A stretch of DNA of 64,000 bases from the NCBI GenBank assembly GCA_036405975.1, contig DASWWM010000013.1:40649-104648 (forward strand), read 5' to 3'. Numbering within the stretch: position 1 is the stretch's first letter; the number at the start of each line of letters is the position of its first letter. The stretch comes from Minisyncoccota bacterium (GTDB lineage: Bacteria; Patescibacteriota; Minisyncoccia; Phycocordibacterales; CAIZLB01). A model generated the notes under the pieces. The model worked only from the letters and a program-made list of their open reading frames with translations. It did not search any database and was not told the origin of the DNA. Shown here in pieces: positions 45,883 through 55,860 of the stretch. Position numbers and translations under genes: made by a program.

Positions 45883-47691
45883 TTACTTCTTGGCTGCCGC
45901 CTTTGCCTTCGCTCGATCCGTATTCGTCAAATACTTCTTTCGAAGTCGTGCTGAAGTCGGAGTGATTTCGAGATATTCGTCTTCGTTGATGAGTTCGAGT
46001 CCTCGCTCGATGGTGATTTCAAGAGGGGGAGTGAGGTATACCGTATCGTCAGTTCCAGAAGCTCGCATGTTCGTGAGCTGCTTTCCCTTTGTTGGGTTAA
46101 CTTCCATTTCCTCACCCTTTGAAGTGTTTCCGACGATCATGCCGGCATATACTTCAGTTCCGTGTCCGATGTAGAGGACGCCTCGCGTCTGAAGATTTCC
46201 AAGTGCGAATGTAACGGCCTTTCCGTTCTCCATTGAGATCATTGATCCCACGTCTCGCTTCTCGATCTCTCCGGCGTAAGGTCGGAACTCAGTGAATCGT
46301 GATGACATGATTCCTTCTCCCTTCGTGTCCACTACAAACTGGCTTCGGTAGCCGAGAAGTCCTCGAGTCGGAATGTCGAAGGTCATTCGAGTCGTTCCGC
46401 CATCCTGCTTCATTGAAGTCATGATTCCTTTTCGCTTTCCAAGCTTCTCGATAATGGCCCCAGAGAATTCGTCCGGAGTGTCGATCACGAGCTCTTCATA
46501 CGGCTCCTGCTTGATGCCGTCGATCTGCTTGATGATAACTTCAGGCTGGGATACCTGGATTTCGTATCCTTCTCGTCGCATCTGCTCGAGGAGGATGGCG
46601 ACGTGGAGCTCGCCTCGGCCGTATACCTTCATGGTATCGCCTCCGGCAAAGTCTACCTTAAGTCCGACGTTCACTTCGAGTTCCTTTTCGAGTCGGTCTC
46701 GGATCTGTCGGCTTGTCACGAACTTTCCTTCTCGTCCTGCGAACGGAGAGTCGTTTACGAGGAAGTTGAGGGAGATAGTCGGCTCGTCGATAGAGATGGT
46801 CGGAAGGGAAGGTGTATCTGCGCTGTCAGTGATGGTGTCGCCGATGTAAATGTTTGTGAGTCCGGCGATCATTGCTACGTCGCCTGAGATGGCTTCAGCG
46901 GCATCCACTTTGCCCATACCTGCGAATGTGAAGAGCTTTACTACTCGGCCCTGCTCAACAGAACCGTCAGGCTTCTTGATGAATACGTTCTGGTTTGTCT
47001 TAATCTTTCCTTTCCAGATTCGCGCTACGGCGAGTCGTCCAAGGAAGTTATCGTATGCGAGGTTGAATGGCTGCGCTACGAGAGGTTCACTGCTCTCGTC
47101 CTTTGCGGGTGCAACCTTTTCGATAATCATCTCAAAGAGGGGGTCGAAGTCAGTGAACTCGTCCGTAAGCTCTCGCTTGGCAACTCCGTCTCGTCCGATG
47201 GCGTAGATCATAGGGAAATCGAGCTGCTCGTCGTTCGCTCCAAGCTCCATGAAGAGCTCGAGCACTTCGTCGTGCACTCGTCCCGGGTTTGCTGCGGGCT
47301 TGTCGAGCTTGTTGAGGACCACGATAGGCTTGAGTCCGAGCTCGATTGACTTTTTGAGTACGAATCGAGTCTGGGGCATGGGGCCTTCCTGGGCATCAAC
47401 GACGAGGAGTACGCAGTCGATCGATCGGAGGATTCGCTCTACTTCAGAACCGAAGTCGGCGTGACCCGGTGTATCGATGATGTTGATCTTGTGCGTAAGT
47501 CCAGTCTTCTTGCTCGTATAGTTGAGCGAAGCGTTCTTGGCGTAGATGGTGATGCCTCGTTCCTGCTCAAGCGTGTTCGAGTCCATCGAAGACGCATCCT
47601 TGACCATGCCGGTATATCGCATCATCGAGTCTACGATTGTCGTCTTTCCGTGGTCTACGTGGGCGATGATTGCTATGTTTCGAATATCCAT
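45883..47691 (-). CDS. typA: Translational GTPase TypA/BipA
   Basis: AHVDHGKTT, ERGITIYAKN, DTPGHADFG, GRGELH, PTRGLLGYR, KQLTNMRASG; start ATG 47691. Confidence 0.97.
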   Translation of the reverse strand: MDIRNIAIIAHVDHGKTTIVDSMMRYTGMVKDASSMDSNTLEQERGITIYAKNASLNYTSKKTGLTHKINIIDTPGHADFGSEVERILRSIDCVLLVVDAQEGPMPQTRFVLKKSIELGLKPIVVLNKLDKPAANPGRVHDEVLELFMELGANDEQLDFPMIYAIGRDGVAKRELTDEFTDFDPLFEMIIEKVAPAKDESSEPLVAQPFNLAYDNFLGRLAVARIWKGKIKTNQNVFIKKPDGSVEQGRVVKLFTFAGMGKVDAAEAISGDVAMIAGLTNIYIGDTITDSADTPSLPTISIDEPTISLNFLVNDSPFAGREGKFVTSRQIRDRLEKELEVNVGLKVDFAGGDTMKVYGRGELHVAILLEQMRREGYEIQVSQPEVIIKQIDGIKQEPYEELVIDTPDEFSGAIIEKLGKRKGIMTSMKQDGGTTRMTFDIPTRGLLGYRSQFVVDTKGEGIMSSRFTEFRPYAGEIEKRDVGSMISMENGKAVTFALGNLQTRGVLYIGHGTEVYAGMIVGNTSKGEEMEVNPTKGKQLTNMRASGTDDTVYLTPPLEITIERGLELINEDEYLEITPTSARLRKKYLTNTDRAKAKAAAKK

Positions 47692-47903
47692 TGTTTTTGT
47701 AATTTTGTTAAAAGCCCGCAAAGGCTGCCTTTGGTTAAAATGAAGCCTGATTAAAGCATTATTTAGGCCGCACTGCAAGTTTTAGCATTGACAGTAATCC
47801 TGGGAATATTGCCTTATTTTTCACTTCTTCATATAGATGAATGAATAGGCCGTATGTGGTATAGTGTTGGGTACAAATATTAGACATTATTCAGCATTCA
47901 TAC

Positions 47904-49466
47904 ATGAAAAGCCGCATCCAATCTCTTACCAAGCATCTTAAAAAGAAGAAGATCTACATTCCCTTGGCACTTTTGCTCATCTTCGGAGCGTTCTCTGTCT
48001 TCGGAGGCAAAGGGGATGTGGCTGAGGAAATATACGCGGTAGAGCCAGCGACATTCGTTCAGGAGGTCGCGGTGACTGGCCAGGTGGTGGCAGCAAAGGA
48101 TGCGAATATGACATTCGAATCAACCGGCAGGGTTGCCCGAATCAATGTGAAGGTCGGCGACGAGGTTCGAGCAGGACAGGTTCTTGCTTCTCTTTCGAAC
48201 GGGGACGCGGCAGCTGCGGTTGCTCAGAGGCAGGCACGGGCCGACTCTCAGGCCGCACGCCTCGCTGAAGTTCGGACAGGGTCCAGAACCGAAGACGTGA
48301 ATATCGCTCAGGCAGAATTTGACGGAGCGGTCATTGCCTATGGCCAGAGCCTCCAGTCGCTCGTAGACGAGATCAAGGATACCTATTCGAAGTCGGATGA
48401 TGCGATCCGGTCTAAAGTCGATCAGCTCTACAGGAATCCGCGAACGGTAACTCCTGAAATTATCTCATTCGACAATTACACTCTTGCGGTATCGCTCAAT
48501 GCGAAGCGGCTTAGGGCAGGAGAAATCCTTGCCGAATGGAGCAAGTCGGTCATGCCTCTCACGGTCGACACGTATTCCGCTTCGTATCTCAATGAAGCGC
48601 GAACGAATCTCGCATTCATGCGTGATTTCATGAATGACCTGTCGACCGCAGTCTCGGCCATCGAGGCGAGCTCGGCCATTCCTCAATCTACGATCGACAA
48701 GTATCGGTCTGACATTTCATCGGCACGATCGACAATCGGGGCTTCGTTCTCTGCGCTGACAGCTGCAGAGCAGTCATACAAGTCTGCCCTTACGACGAAG
48801 CAGACGAAAGAGCAGCAGCTCGCGCTCAAGAAGTCTGGATCGACATCGCAGCAGATCGCACAGCAGCAGGCGGAGTACAGGAGCGCTCTCGCTGACGTTC
48901 AGGCGGCACAAGCGGCTTTGGCCAAGACGCTCATTGTCGCTCCGTTTGACGGAGTCATCACCAAGGTGGATATCAAGGTTGGCGAAAGCTCTCCTGTCGG
49001 ATCAAGCGCGCTTTCGCTTATCAGCTCGTCCGGATTCGAGATCGAAAGCTTCATCTCGGAGAATGATATTTCAAAGGTCATGATTGGACAGCCTGCCCGA
49101 GTCACGCTTGATGCATATGGAAGCGATGTCGTATTCTCTGCCGCGGTCAGCCAGGTTGATCCGAGCGAGACTATCAAGGACGGGGTCTCAACATACAAGA
49201 CAAAGCTCCAGTTTACCCAGAACGATGATCGGATCAGATCGGGAATGACGGCAAATACGGTCATTCAGACAGCTGAAAAGCCGGCATCAGTCATCATCCC
49301 TCAGGAAGCCCTTTTCCTTGAAGGTGGCGAGAAGGTCGTAACGGTCGACGAGGCGGGCAAGCGCGTCAACAGAAAGGTCGTGACGGGAGGGATCAATACC
49401 CAGGGCAAGATCGAGGTGCTCGAAGGTCTCCTTGTCGGCGACAGGGTTGTAATCAAGAAGAAATAG
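47904..49466 (+). CDS. Efflux membrane fusion protein (MacA/HlyD-like)
   Basis: N-terminal TM, GRV..I.VKVGDEV..GQVL, long hairpin coil, APFDGVI, RSGMTA, GL..GD.V. Confidence 0.9.
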   Translation: MKSRIQSLTKHLKKKKIYIPLALLLIFGAFSVFGGKGDVAEEIYAVEPATFVQEVAVTGQVVAAKDANMTFESTGRVARINVKVGDEVRAGQVLASLSNGDAAAAVAQRQARADSQAARLAEVRTGSRTEDVNIAQAEFDGAVIAYGQSLQSLVDEIKDTYSKSDDAIRSKVDQLYRNPRTVTPEIISFDNYTLAVSLNAKRLRAGEILAEWSKSVMPLTVDTYSASYLNEARTNLAFMRDFMNDLSTAVSAIEASSAIPQSTIDKYRSDISSARSTIGASFSALTAAEQSYKSALTTKQTKEQQLALKKSGSTSQQIAQQQAEYRSALADVQAAQAALAKTLIVAPFDGVITKVDIKVGESSPVGSSALSLISSSGFEIESFISENDISKVMIGQPARVTLDAYGSDVVFSAAVSQVDPSETIKDGVSTYKTKLQFTQNDDRIRSGMTANTVIQTAEKPASVIIPQEALFLEGGEKVVTVDEAGKRVNRKVVTGGINTQGKIEVLEGLLVGDRVVIKKK

Positions 49467-49467
49467 G

Positions 49468-50739
49468 ATGGCAGCCAAGAAAAAAGCGCATGTCTGGAGA
49501 GTCGGGTTCTTTCTCGCGTACCGGCAGGTCAAGCGGGCAAGCCTTTGGACTACCGCACTCATCATCGCGGTGATGACGCTGACATTCCTCAACCTCGTCG
49601 TGGTAAACGGCGTTCTCGTGGGGCTTATTGAAAGCTCGGTCGAGGCGACGCGAGACAGGGGGACGGGCGATGTCGTCATAACGACACTTCAGCAGAAGAA
49701 TCAGGTTGAAAGAAGCCAGGACATTCAGAATGTGCTCAGGAGCCTTCCTGAGGTTAAGTCTTTCTCTGCGCGGTATCTCGGGAACGGAGTGCTCAACGCT
49801 GACTACCGACGGTTGCTGAGGCAGGACGAAAGCGCCAATAGCGTAGGGGTGACAATTGCCGGCATTGATCCGCTCAAGGAAAATGCGATCAGTCGAATGT
49901 CGGAGTATGTCGTTGAGGGATCGTACCTTCAGCCAAATGATCCTGATGGCATTCTTATCGGTTCAAACTTCCTTTTTAAGTACACTCCGATCGAAGTGTC
50001 GGGATTCCAGACGCTCAAGGACGTGGAGATAGGGAAGAAGCTCAAGCTCACCGTCGGAAGCAGCTCAAAGGAGGTGATCGTCAGGGGATTCGTCAAGTCA
50101 AAGGTTGACTCGACTGACTTCAGGGTGTTCATGATAGAAAGCGAAGTAAGGAAGATGATCGGCAGAAGCGAGCTGAACGTGAATGAGATTTCGATCAAGC
50201 TTGCGAGCGGTGCAACAGAGCAGGACGCCCTCCGGCTCAAGCAGATCCTTCTCAACAACGGCTTCGATGTGGGTGCGCGAATCCAGACATACGTTGAGGC
50301 GCAGCCGAAGTTCCTCAAGGATATGTCCGACACCTTCGGACTGCTCGGAAACATGATCGGAAGTATCGGTCTTGCCGTCGCATCCATCACGATTTTCATT
50401 GTGATCTTCGTTAACGCTATCACGAGAAGAAAGTTCATCGGAATCCTCAAGGGGATCGGCATCAGCCCGAAGGCGATCGAGGTCTCATATATCATCCAGT
50501 CCATCTTCTATGCCGTGACCGGATCGCTTCTCGGACTCCTCGTGCTTTACGGATTCCTGGTTCCGTATATCTATGCAAATCCGATCGACTTCCCGTTCAG
50601 CGACGGATACCTGTATGCGCCGCTTAGCGGGACAATGATCAGGGTCGTCCTTCTTATCACCGTCACTGTCATTGCCGGATACATTCCTGCGCGAATGATC
50701 GTCAAGAAGAATACCCTTGATGCGATTCTCGGACGATAG
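49468..50739 (+). CDS. ABC transporter permease (FtsX/MacB/LolE type)
   Basis: 4-TM topology with large extracellular domain; RRKFIGILKGIG, YIPAR. Confidence 0.9.
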   Translation: MAAKKKAHVWRVGFFLAYRQVKRASLWTTALIIAVMTLTFLNLVVVNGVLVGLIESSVEATRDRGTGDVVITTLQQKNQVERSQDIQNVLRSLPEVKSFSARYLGNGVLNADYRRLLRQDESANSVGVTIAGIDPLKENAISRMSEYVVEGSYLQPNDPDGILIGSNFLFKYTPIEVSGFQTLKDVEIGKKLKLTVGSSSKEVIVRGFVKSKVDSTDFRVFMIESEVRKMIGRSELNVNEISIKLASGATEQDALRLKQILLNNGFDVGARIQTYVEAQPKFLKDMSDTFGLLGNMIGSIGLAVASITIFIVIFVNAITRRKFIGILKGIGISPKAIEVSYIIQSIFYAVTGSLLGLLVLYGFLVPYIYANPIDFPFSDGYLYAPLSGTMIRVVLLITVTVIAGYIPARMIVKKNTLDAILGR

Positions 50740-50781
50740 GAACTTTACTCATTTCAACCATTAACGAACAATCAAACCTGT

Positions 50782-51474
50782 ATGAAGCCTGACCTGAAAG
50801 AAAACATAATCGCGACGCGAGGACTCAAGAAGTCATTCGTCGACGGAGACAAGGTGACGGAAGTGCTCAAGGGGATCGACCTTGAAATCAAGCGGGGCGA
50901 GTTCGTGGCGATCATGGGACGATCCGGAGCTGGAAAGTCTACGTTGCTGTACCAGATCAGCCTCCTTGATCATTCGACTTCGGGCCAGATTTATGTCGAT
51001 GGCGTTCAGGTCACTGGCATGCATGAAGATGAGCGAGTCGATTTCCGGCTTAAGGAGCTCGGGTACGTATTCCAGGACTATGCGCTTCTCCCGGACCTCA
51101 CTGCCAAGGAGAATGTGGCTCTGCCTCTCATCATGCAGGGCATGGAAATTCCCGATGCCTATGCGGTTGCCGAGCAGACTCTTGCCAGGGTGAGCCTGAG
51201 CCACAGGATAAACAATCTTCCGTCGAAGCTCTCGGGAGGAGAGCAGCAGCGAGTGAGCATCGCCAGGGCCATCGCCCATAAGCCGAAGATCCTCTTTGCC
51301 GATGAGCCGACCGCGAACCTTGATACCGAGTCATCGGCGCTCATCTTGAAAATTTTCCTCGAGCTCAATGCCGAGGGACAGACTATCGTCATGGTAACGC
51401 ATGAGGACGAGTACGGGGATGCGACGGACCGGGTCATCTTCCTCAAGGATGGACAACTTTCAGAAGAGCGGTAG
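50782..51474 (+). CDS. ABC transporter ATP-binding protein (LolD/MacB type)
   Basis: GRSGAGKST, LSGGEQQRV, ADEPTANLD, VTHE. Confidence 0.95.
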   Translation: MKPDLKENIIATRGLKKSFVDGDKVTEVLKGIDLEIKRGEFVAIMGRSGAGKSTLLYQISLLDHSTSGQIYVDGVQVTGMHEDERVDFRLKELGYVFQDYALLPDLTAKENVALPLIMQGMEIPDAYAVAEQTLARVSLSHRINNLPSKLSGGEQQRVSIARAIAHKPKILFADEPTANLDTESSALILKIFLELNAEGQTIVMVTHEDEYGDATDRVIFLKDGQLSEER

Positions 51475-51588
51475 ACTGGTCAGCAGGACAGTGAACTTAG
51501 AAAATAAAGCGGGCTCGGGCCTGCGATACGGGATGCCAAAAGCATCTCATTTTCTTTGCATTTGAAATCAAAATAGAAGGAGGACGGA

Positions 51589-52650
51589 ATGAGGAGAATA
51601 CATGAATTGTTGGTGAATGCTGTATCCGGAGAGAATCCGTTATTCGGGAAAGGGATCTTTGCCTTTCAAAATATTGATGGCAAACGGGCATATTTTCCGA
51701 TCGACGTATCGGGCAAGGGCAATGAATGCCAAGTCAGCGACTTTTCGCAGTTCGACATCGCATCCATTACCAAATTTTTCCTTACTATCCTGTATCACAT
51801 TCTCAGGGAACGATTTGGAAAATTCGATAACAATACGTTGGTCGCGCCTGTTCTCGGCATGTCGGGTGCTTTTACCGAGCATCTGACTGTCGGGCATCTG
51901 CTTCAGTTCTGTGCCCAATTCACTGCAAAAGGGTATCCTACAAAGGATATCGTTGCGCGCAGCAAAAACGGAGTGGTGAATGGCCTGACGGAAACCTTGA
52001 CCTCATGCGGTCTTGAGAAGATGCCGGGCGAGTCATGGACATACGGGAATCCGCATTCGATTCTGCTTGGGTTTTTCCTTGAGCGGGCAATGGGCGAGTC
52101 GCTGGAATCATTGATGCAGAAGCATCTGCTGGATCCGCTTGATATGCACAGGACTACCGTGAGGCCTGTGCCTGACGGAAGTGTCATTCAGTCAGGCAAA
52201 GAGACTTCTGGCGGAACGATTCATGATCCGACCGCGAGAGCCGCCTTGAGTGAAGGGAGGGTGATTGGGTCGGCGGGATATTTCTCGACGGCCTCTGATC
52301 TTCTGAATCTCCTTGGGATGATTCACCAGGGAGGAATGCATGGCGAGAATCGGATCATCTCTGGGGAAACCGCTCGAACATTGCATGCCGGAATGCTGCC
52401 GATATTCGGAAATGGGGCGGGCAAATGGAATGTGTACCGAAAAGGTCTCGTTCCTGAAGCGTTCATGGACGATCTTGCCATATTCAAGCTTGGCCATACG
52501 GGCTGCATAGTCTTTGTCTCAAAAAGGCACGGTATATGCGGAACGGTACTGACTGACTACCTTATGTATCATTCTGAGTCAGAAAAAAGGACGCCTCTGT
52601 ATGGGTTGTTCGCTCAGCTCGGTACGGCAGCAGGCCTTTGTCTGCTGTAA
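51589..52650 (+). CDS. Serine hydrolase, beta-lactamase class C/PBP-like family
   Basis: FDIASITK (SxxK), WTYGN (YxN), HDPTA, SAG.FSTA.DL, GHTG. Confidence 0.8.
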   Translation: MRRIHELLVNAVSGENPLFGKGIFAFQNIDGKRAYFPIDVSGKGNECQVSDFSQFDIASITKFFLTILYHILRERFGKFDNNTLVAPVLGMSGAFTEHLTVGHLLQFCAQFTAKGYPTKDIVARSKNGVVNGLTETLTSCGLEKMPGESWTYGNPHSILLGFFLERAMGESLESLMQKHLLDPLDMHRTTVRPVPDGSVIQSGKETSGGTIHDPTARAALSEGRVIGSAGYFSTASDLLNLLGMIHQGGMHGENRIISGETARTLHAGMLPIFGNGAGKWNVYRKGLVPEAFMDDLAIFKLGHTGCIVFVSKRHGICGTVLTDYLMYHSESEKRTPLYGLFAQLGTAAGLCLL

Positions 52651-52818
52651 TTCGGCTGGCGTTTCATTACAGGCCCGGCATCGCAGTTGTATGCGATGCC
52701 GGGCTATCTTGTTTTCTTAATCAGCAATCCGTGGTATGAATGCATTTGGTAAAAAAAAGATCTTTGGGCCAGAACCGTTTCTGGCTTTGATTTGGCTGAA
52801 CATAAACAAGGAGGGAAT

Positions 52819-53202
52819 ATGCAAAAAGGAGGAATAAATTCACTGGTAACGCCAATCGACGTACCGCCAGATGCTGAGTTTCTGATTAAGAATGTGCACT
52901 CTGGTAAAGGCTGCGATAATGGTCACTATCAAGGCAGCATTTCTGTGATCAGGACAGTGGGTGAGCATCTGAAGGTGGAGGAACGAGAACGGCATTTCAC
53001 GTTCATTGTCTCCACTCTCAATGGCTGCAGAATCCAGTGCAATGTCTACTCTTCAAGCGGCGACACGGTGGGCCATGCGGAAAAACTGGGGGAATCGTTC
53101 ATCGATGCTCCTGAACCCGGTACGGGAAACAGCAGGCTGTGTGAGCACCTGATCAATGCATTGGAGGAGATCAAAAAACAGGCAGAGGAGAACAGGGGGT
53201 GA
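52819..53202 (+). CDS. Hypothetical protein
   Basis: AGGAGG 4 nt before ATG 52819; followed by a terminator. Confidence 0.55.
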   Translation: MQKGGINSLVTPIDVPPDAEFLIKNVHSGKGCDNGHYQGSISVIRTVGEHLKVEERERHFTFIVSTLNGCRIQCNVYSSSGDTVGHAEKLGESFIDAPEPGTGNSRLCEHLINALEEIKKQAEENRG

Positions 53203-53223
53203 GGCTCAGTAGCCTGATGGGCT

Positions 53224-53260
53224 GCCCCGGAACGAATGTTGATTTCGTTCCGGGGCTTTT
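53224..53260 (+). terminator. Rho-independent terminator
   Basis: gccccggaacgaa-tgttgat-ttcgttccggggctttt. Confidence 0.8.
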
Positions 53261-53311
53261 ATTTATGCTAAAATCGAATGACAGTAATAATCAGCTAACT
53301 AAGTTAAAAAA

Positions 53312-53671
53312 ATGGAATCAAATCCCGAGAACAGGGCTCCGTGGCAGAAGGTAGCAGAAGAAGAGGCGGCGGTCGAATATCCTTCTGGCCATGTCGAGGT
53401 TGTAAGGGAGGTCGAGACGGGACATGCTCGTGAGCTGGCTAAAATTAGAGAAGATAAGATGAAGAATTTCAGCGATCCCACTGAACTGTTCACCAAGATG
53501 GAGAAGGTCACGGCTTTCGTCAATCGACTCAGAGATCGGGTTGGTGATGCTGAGCTTGAAAGATACAGGGCGTACCACGCTCTTGTTGGAAGCACGCCGA
53601 TGGCTGACGTCTCCGATCTTATGGATCTGCCAGGAGGCGAAATCGAAAAATTCATCCGGCACGAGCTTTGA
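53312..53671 (+). CDS. Hypothetical protein
   Basis: 119-aa acidic ORF with YRAYHALVGST; TGcTAAAAT upstream. Confidence 0.6.
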   Translation: MESNPENRAPWQKVAEEEAAVEYPSGHVEVVREVETGHARELAKIREDKMKNFSDPTELFTKMEKVTAFVNRLRDRVGDAELERYRAYHALVGSTPMADVSDLMDLPGGEIEKFIRHEL

Positions 53672-53755
53672 TTTTCGCTTTTTCCCGCATTTCTGCTATA
53701 TTTTGACTCACGCATATAAGCCGCACGCCCAGGGCGCCTTTGCCTATACATATAT

Positions 53756-55672
53756 ATGAATCTAAAGAATATCAGGAACTTCAGCATCATCGCCCATATC
53801 GACCACGGAAAGTCCACGCTTGCCGACCGAATGCTTGAGCTTACGAATACCATCGAGAAGCGAAAGATGATGAATCAGGTTCTCGACAATATGGAACTCG
53901 AGCGAGAGAAGGGTATCACGATCAAGATGCGGCCCGTTCAGATGCACTATACGGTCAAAGCGGACATTGCTGCGACGAAAGGCGTCGAGGCTGGACAGTA
54001 CCAGCTGAACCTCATCGATACTCCGGGGCATATCGACTTCTCGTATGAAGTGTCCCGAGCTCTCAAAGCCGTTGAGGGTTCTATTCTTCTCGTGGACGCG
54101 ACGCAGGGTGTTCAGGCACAGACGCTGACGACGCTTCGAATGGCACAGGATGTGGGACTGAAGATTATCCCAGTTCTCTCAAAGGTGGATTCTCCTTTGG
54201 CACGACTTGATGATATCAAGGAGGAAATGATCACGCTTCTTGGCTGCGAGTTCGATGACATTATTGAGACGTCGGGAAAGACAGGTCAGGGTGTAGAGGG
54301 GCTTCTTCAGGAAATCATCAAGAAGATCCCTGCGCCTGTCGAGGAAATGCCTCAGTCAGGAAGCTTCCGAGGTCTCGTATTCGATTTTCAATATTCAAAT
54401 CATAAAGGCGTAATCGTATTCGTCCGAGCAATGGACGGAACGGTCAAGAAAGGCGATGAGCTTCAGTTCAAGATTGCTGGGGAAAAATTCTATGCGCTCG
54501 AAGTCGGAATTTTCACTCCTGAAGAAGTCTCTACGGGAACTCTCGAGCCGGGACAAATCGGCTATATCGTAACTGGAATTAAGCAGCCGGGTATTGCATC
54601 AGTGGGAGATACCATCACTTTGAATAAGAAGCCTCTTCCGGAGCTTGCCGGTTATATGAGCCCTTCTCCGGTGGTATGGGCTTCGGTATACCCAGAAGAT
54701 GCCGACGACTTTGAGCTTCTCAAGCAGGCGCTGGGAAGGCTTCGACTTTCAGACTCAGCCTTCTCTCATGAAGAGGAGTCCTCGGGCTCCCTCGGGCGAG
54801 GATTCCGGTGCGGGTTCCTCGGACTCCTTCATCTCGAAATCATCACCGAGCGACTTAAGCGAGAGTTCAATCTGAACCTTGTCATCGCGACGCCGAGCAT
54901 TACTTATGAAGTTACGCTCAAGTCCGGATCAAGCGGCGCGGCAGTTCAGAACAGCCTTGGAAATATTTACTCGGGCCAGATCAAGACTGACGAAGTTACG
55001 GGCGAGCGAACGGTCATGGTGTATTCGCCGTCGCTTTTCCCAGACCATGGTCAGTATGAGCGCGTGCGAGAGCCTTGGGTTAAGCTTTCGATCATCACCC
55101 CTGACACATATACCGGTCCAATCTATCAGCTTCTCTATGATCATGAAGCGGAGCTCAAAGACACCGTGTCTTTCGGAGATGGACGAGCACAGCTCATTAT
55201 CGATATGCCGCTTCGAGAGCTCATGCGAAACTTCTTTGACGAGCTCAAGAGCATCTCTTCAGGATACGCATCTCTTTCGTATGAGTTCGAAGGCTTGCGA
55301 GAAGCGGACGTGACACGAATGGACATTCTCGTTGCTGACGAGCCTGTTGAGGCATTTACAAAAGTGGTCGCAAATAGAAGGACGGACGAAGAAGGAAACA
55401 AGTCTGTTGACCGACTTGAAGCAGTGCTCCCGCGGCAGCTCTTCACTACGAAGATTCAGGCAAAGGTCAATGGACGAATTATCGCGTCGCGAACTCTTTC
55501 TGCGCTCCGAAAGGACGTAACCGGCTATCTGTACGGAGGCGATATTACGCGAAAGATGAAGCTCCTCGAAAAGCAGAAGAAAGGAAAGAAGAAGATGCTT
55601 GAGCGAGGGAAGGGTCAGGTGAACATTCCGCATGATGTGTTCCTGAAGATGATGAAGTCGGGAGATAACTAA
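53756..55672 (+). CDS. lepA: Elongation factor 4
   Basis: RNFSIIAHIDHGKSTLADR, DTPGHIDFSYEV, GFRCGFLGLLH, YGGDITRK.KLLEKQK.GK. Confidence 0.97.
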   Translation: MNLKNIRNFSIIAHIDHGKSTLADRMLELTNTIEKRKMMNQVLDNMELEREKGITIKMRPVQMHYTVKADIAATKGVEAGQYQLNLIDTPGHIDFSYEVSRALKAVEGSILLVDATQGVQAQTLTTLRMAQDVGLKIIPVLSKVDSPLARLDDIKEEMITLLGCEFDDIIETSGKTGQGVEGLLQEIIKKIPAPVEEMPQSGSFRGLVFDFQYSNHKGVIVFVRAMDGTVKKGDELQFKIAGEKFYALEVGIFTPEEVSTGTLEPGQIGYIVTGIKQPGIASVGDTITLNKKPLPELAGYMSPSPVVWASVYPEDADDFELLKQALGRLRLSDSAFSHEEESSGSLGRGFRCGFLGLLHLEIITERLKREFNLNLVIATPSITYEVTLKSGSSGAAVQNSLGNIYSGQIKTDEVTGERTVMVYSPSLFPDHGQYERVREPWVKLSIITPDTYTGPIYQLLYDHEAELKDTVSFGDGRAQLIIDMPLRELMRNFFDELKSISSGYASLSYEFEGLREADVTRMDILVADEPVEAFTKVVANRRTDEEGNKSVDRLEAVLPRQLFTTKIQAKVNGRIIASRTLSALRKDVTGYLYGGDITRKMKLLEKQKKGKKKMLERGKGQVNIPHDVFLKMMKSGDN

Positions 55673-55703
55673 AAAAGCCCTTCCGCACAGGAGGGGCATT
55701 TTT
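55671..55703. terminator. Bidirectional terminator after lepA
   Basis: aaaaaagcccttcc-gcaca-ggaggggcattttt. Confidence 0.65.
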
Positions 55704-55727
55704 GAGTGATGAGTGCGTTGGTTGTGC

Positions 55728-55835
55728 CTACTGAAACAGGGCGGGAAGGTACATAAGCACCATTGATACGATAAGCACGATTCCGAGGGCTGACCATGCG
55801 AACTTGATGGCCTTCTGGTATTTTGGGTTGAACAT
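55728..55835 (-). CDS. 35-aa single-TM microprotein MFNPKYQKAIKFAWSALGIVLIVSMVLMYLPALFQ
   Basis: Read by hand (below the ORF-track cutoff); basic N-terminus plus TM; own -10 TAGTAT; ends near the lepA terminator. Confidence 0.65.
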   Translation of the reverse strand: MFNPKYQKAIKFAWSALGIVLIVSMVLMYLPALFQ

Positions 55836-55860
55836 GATGTCGTATATACTAGCAGCATTC

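Noticed and set aside
51556-51568. Second operator upstream of the serine hydrolase (ttgcatttgaaat, shared with 43028-43040)
   Set aside because: Only a half-site; likely a shared -35-like AT-rich sequence or chance
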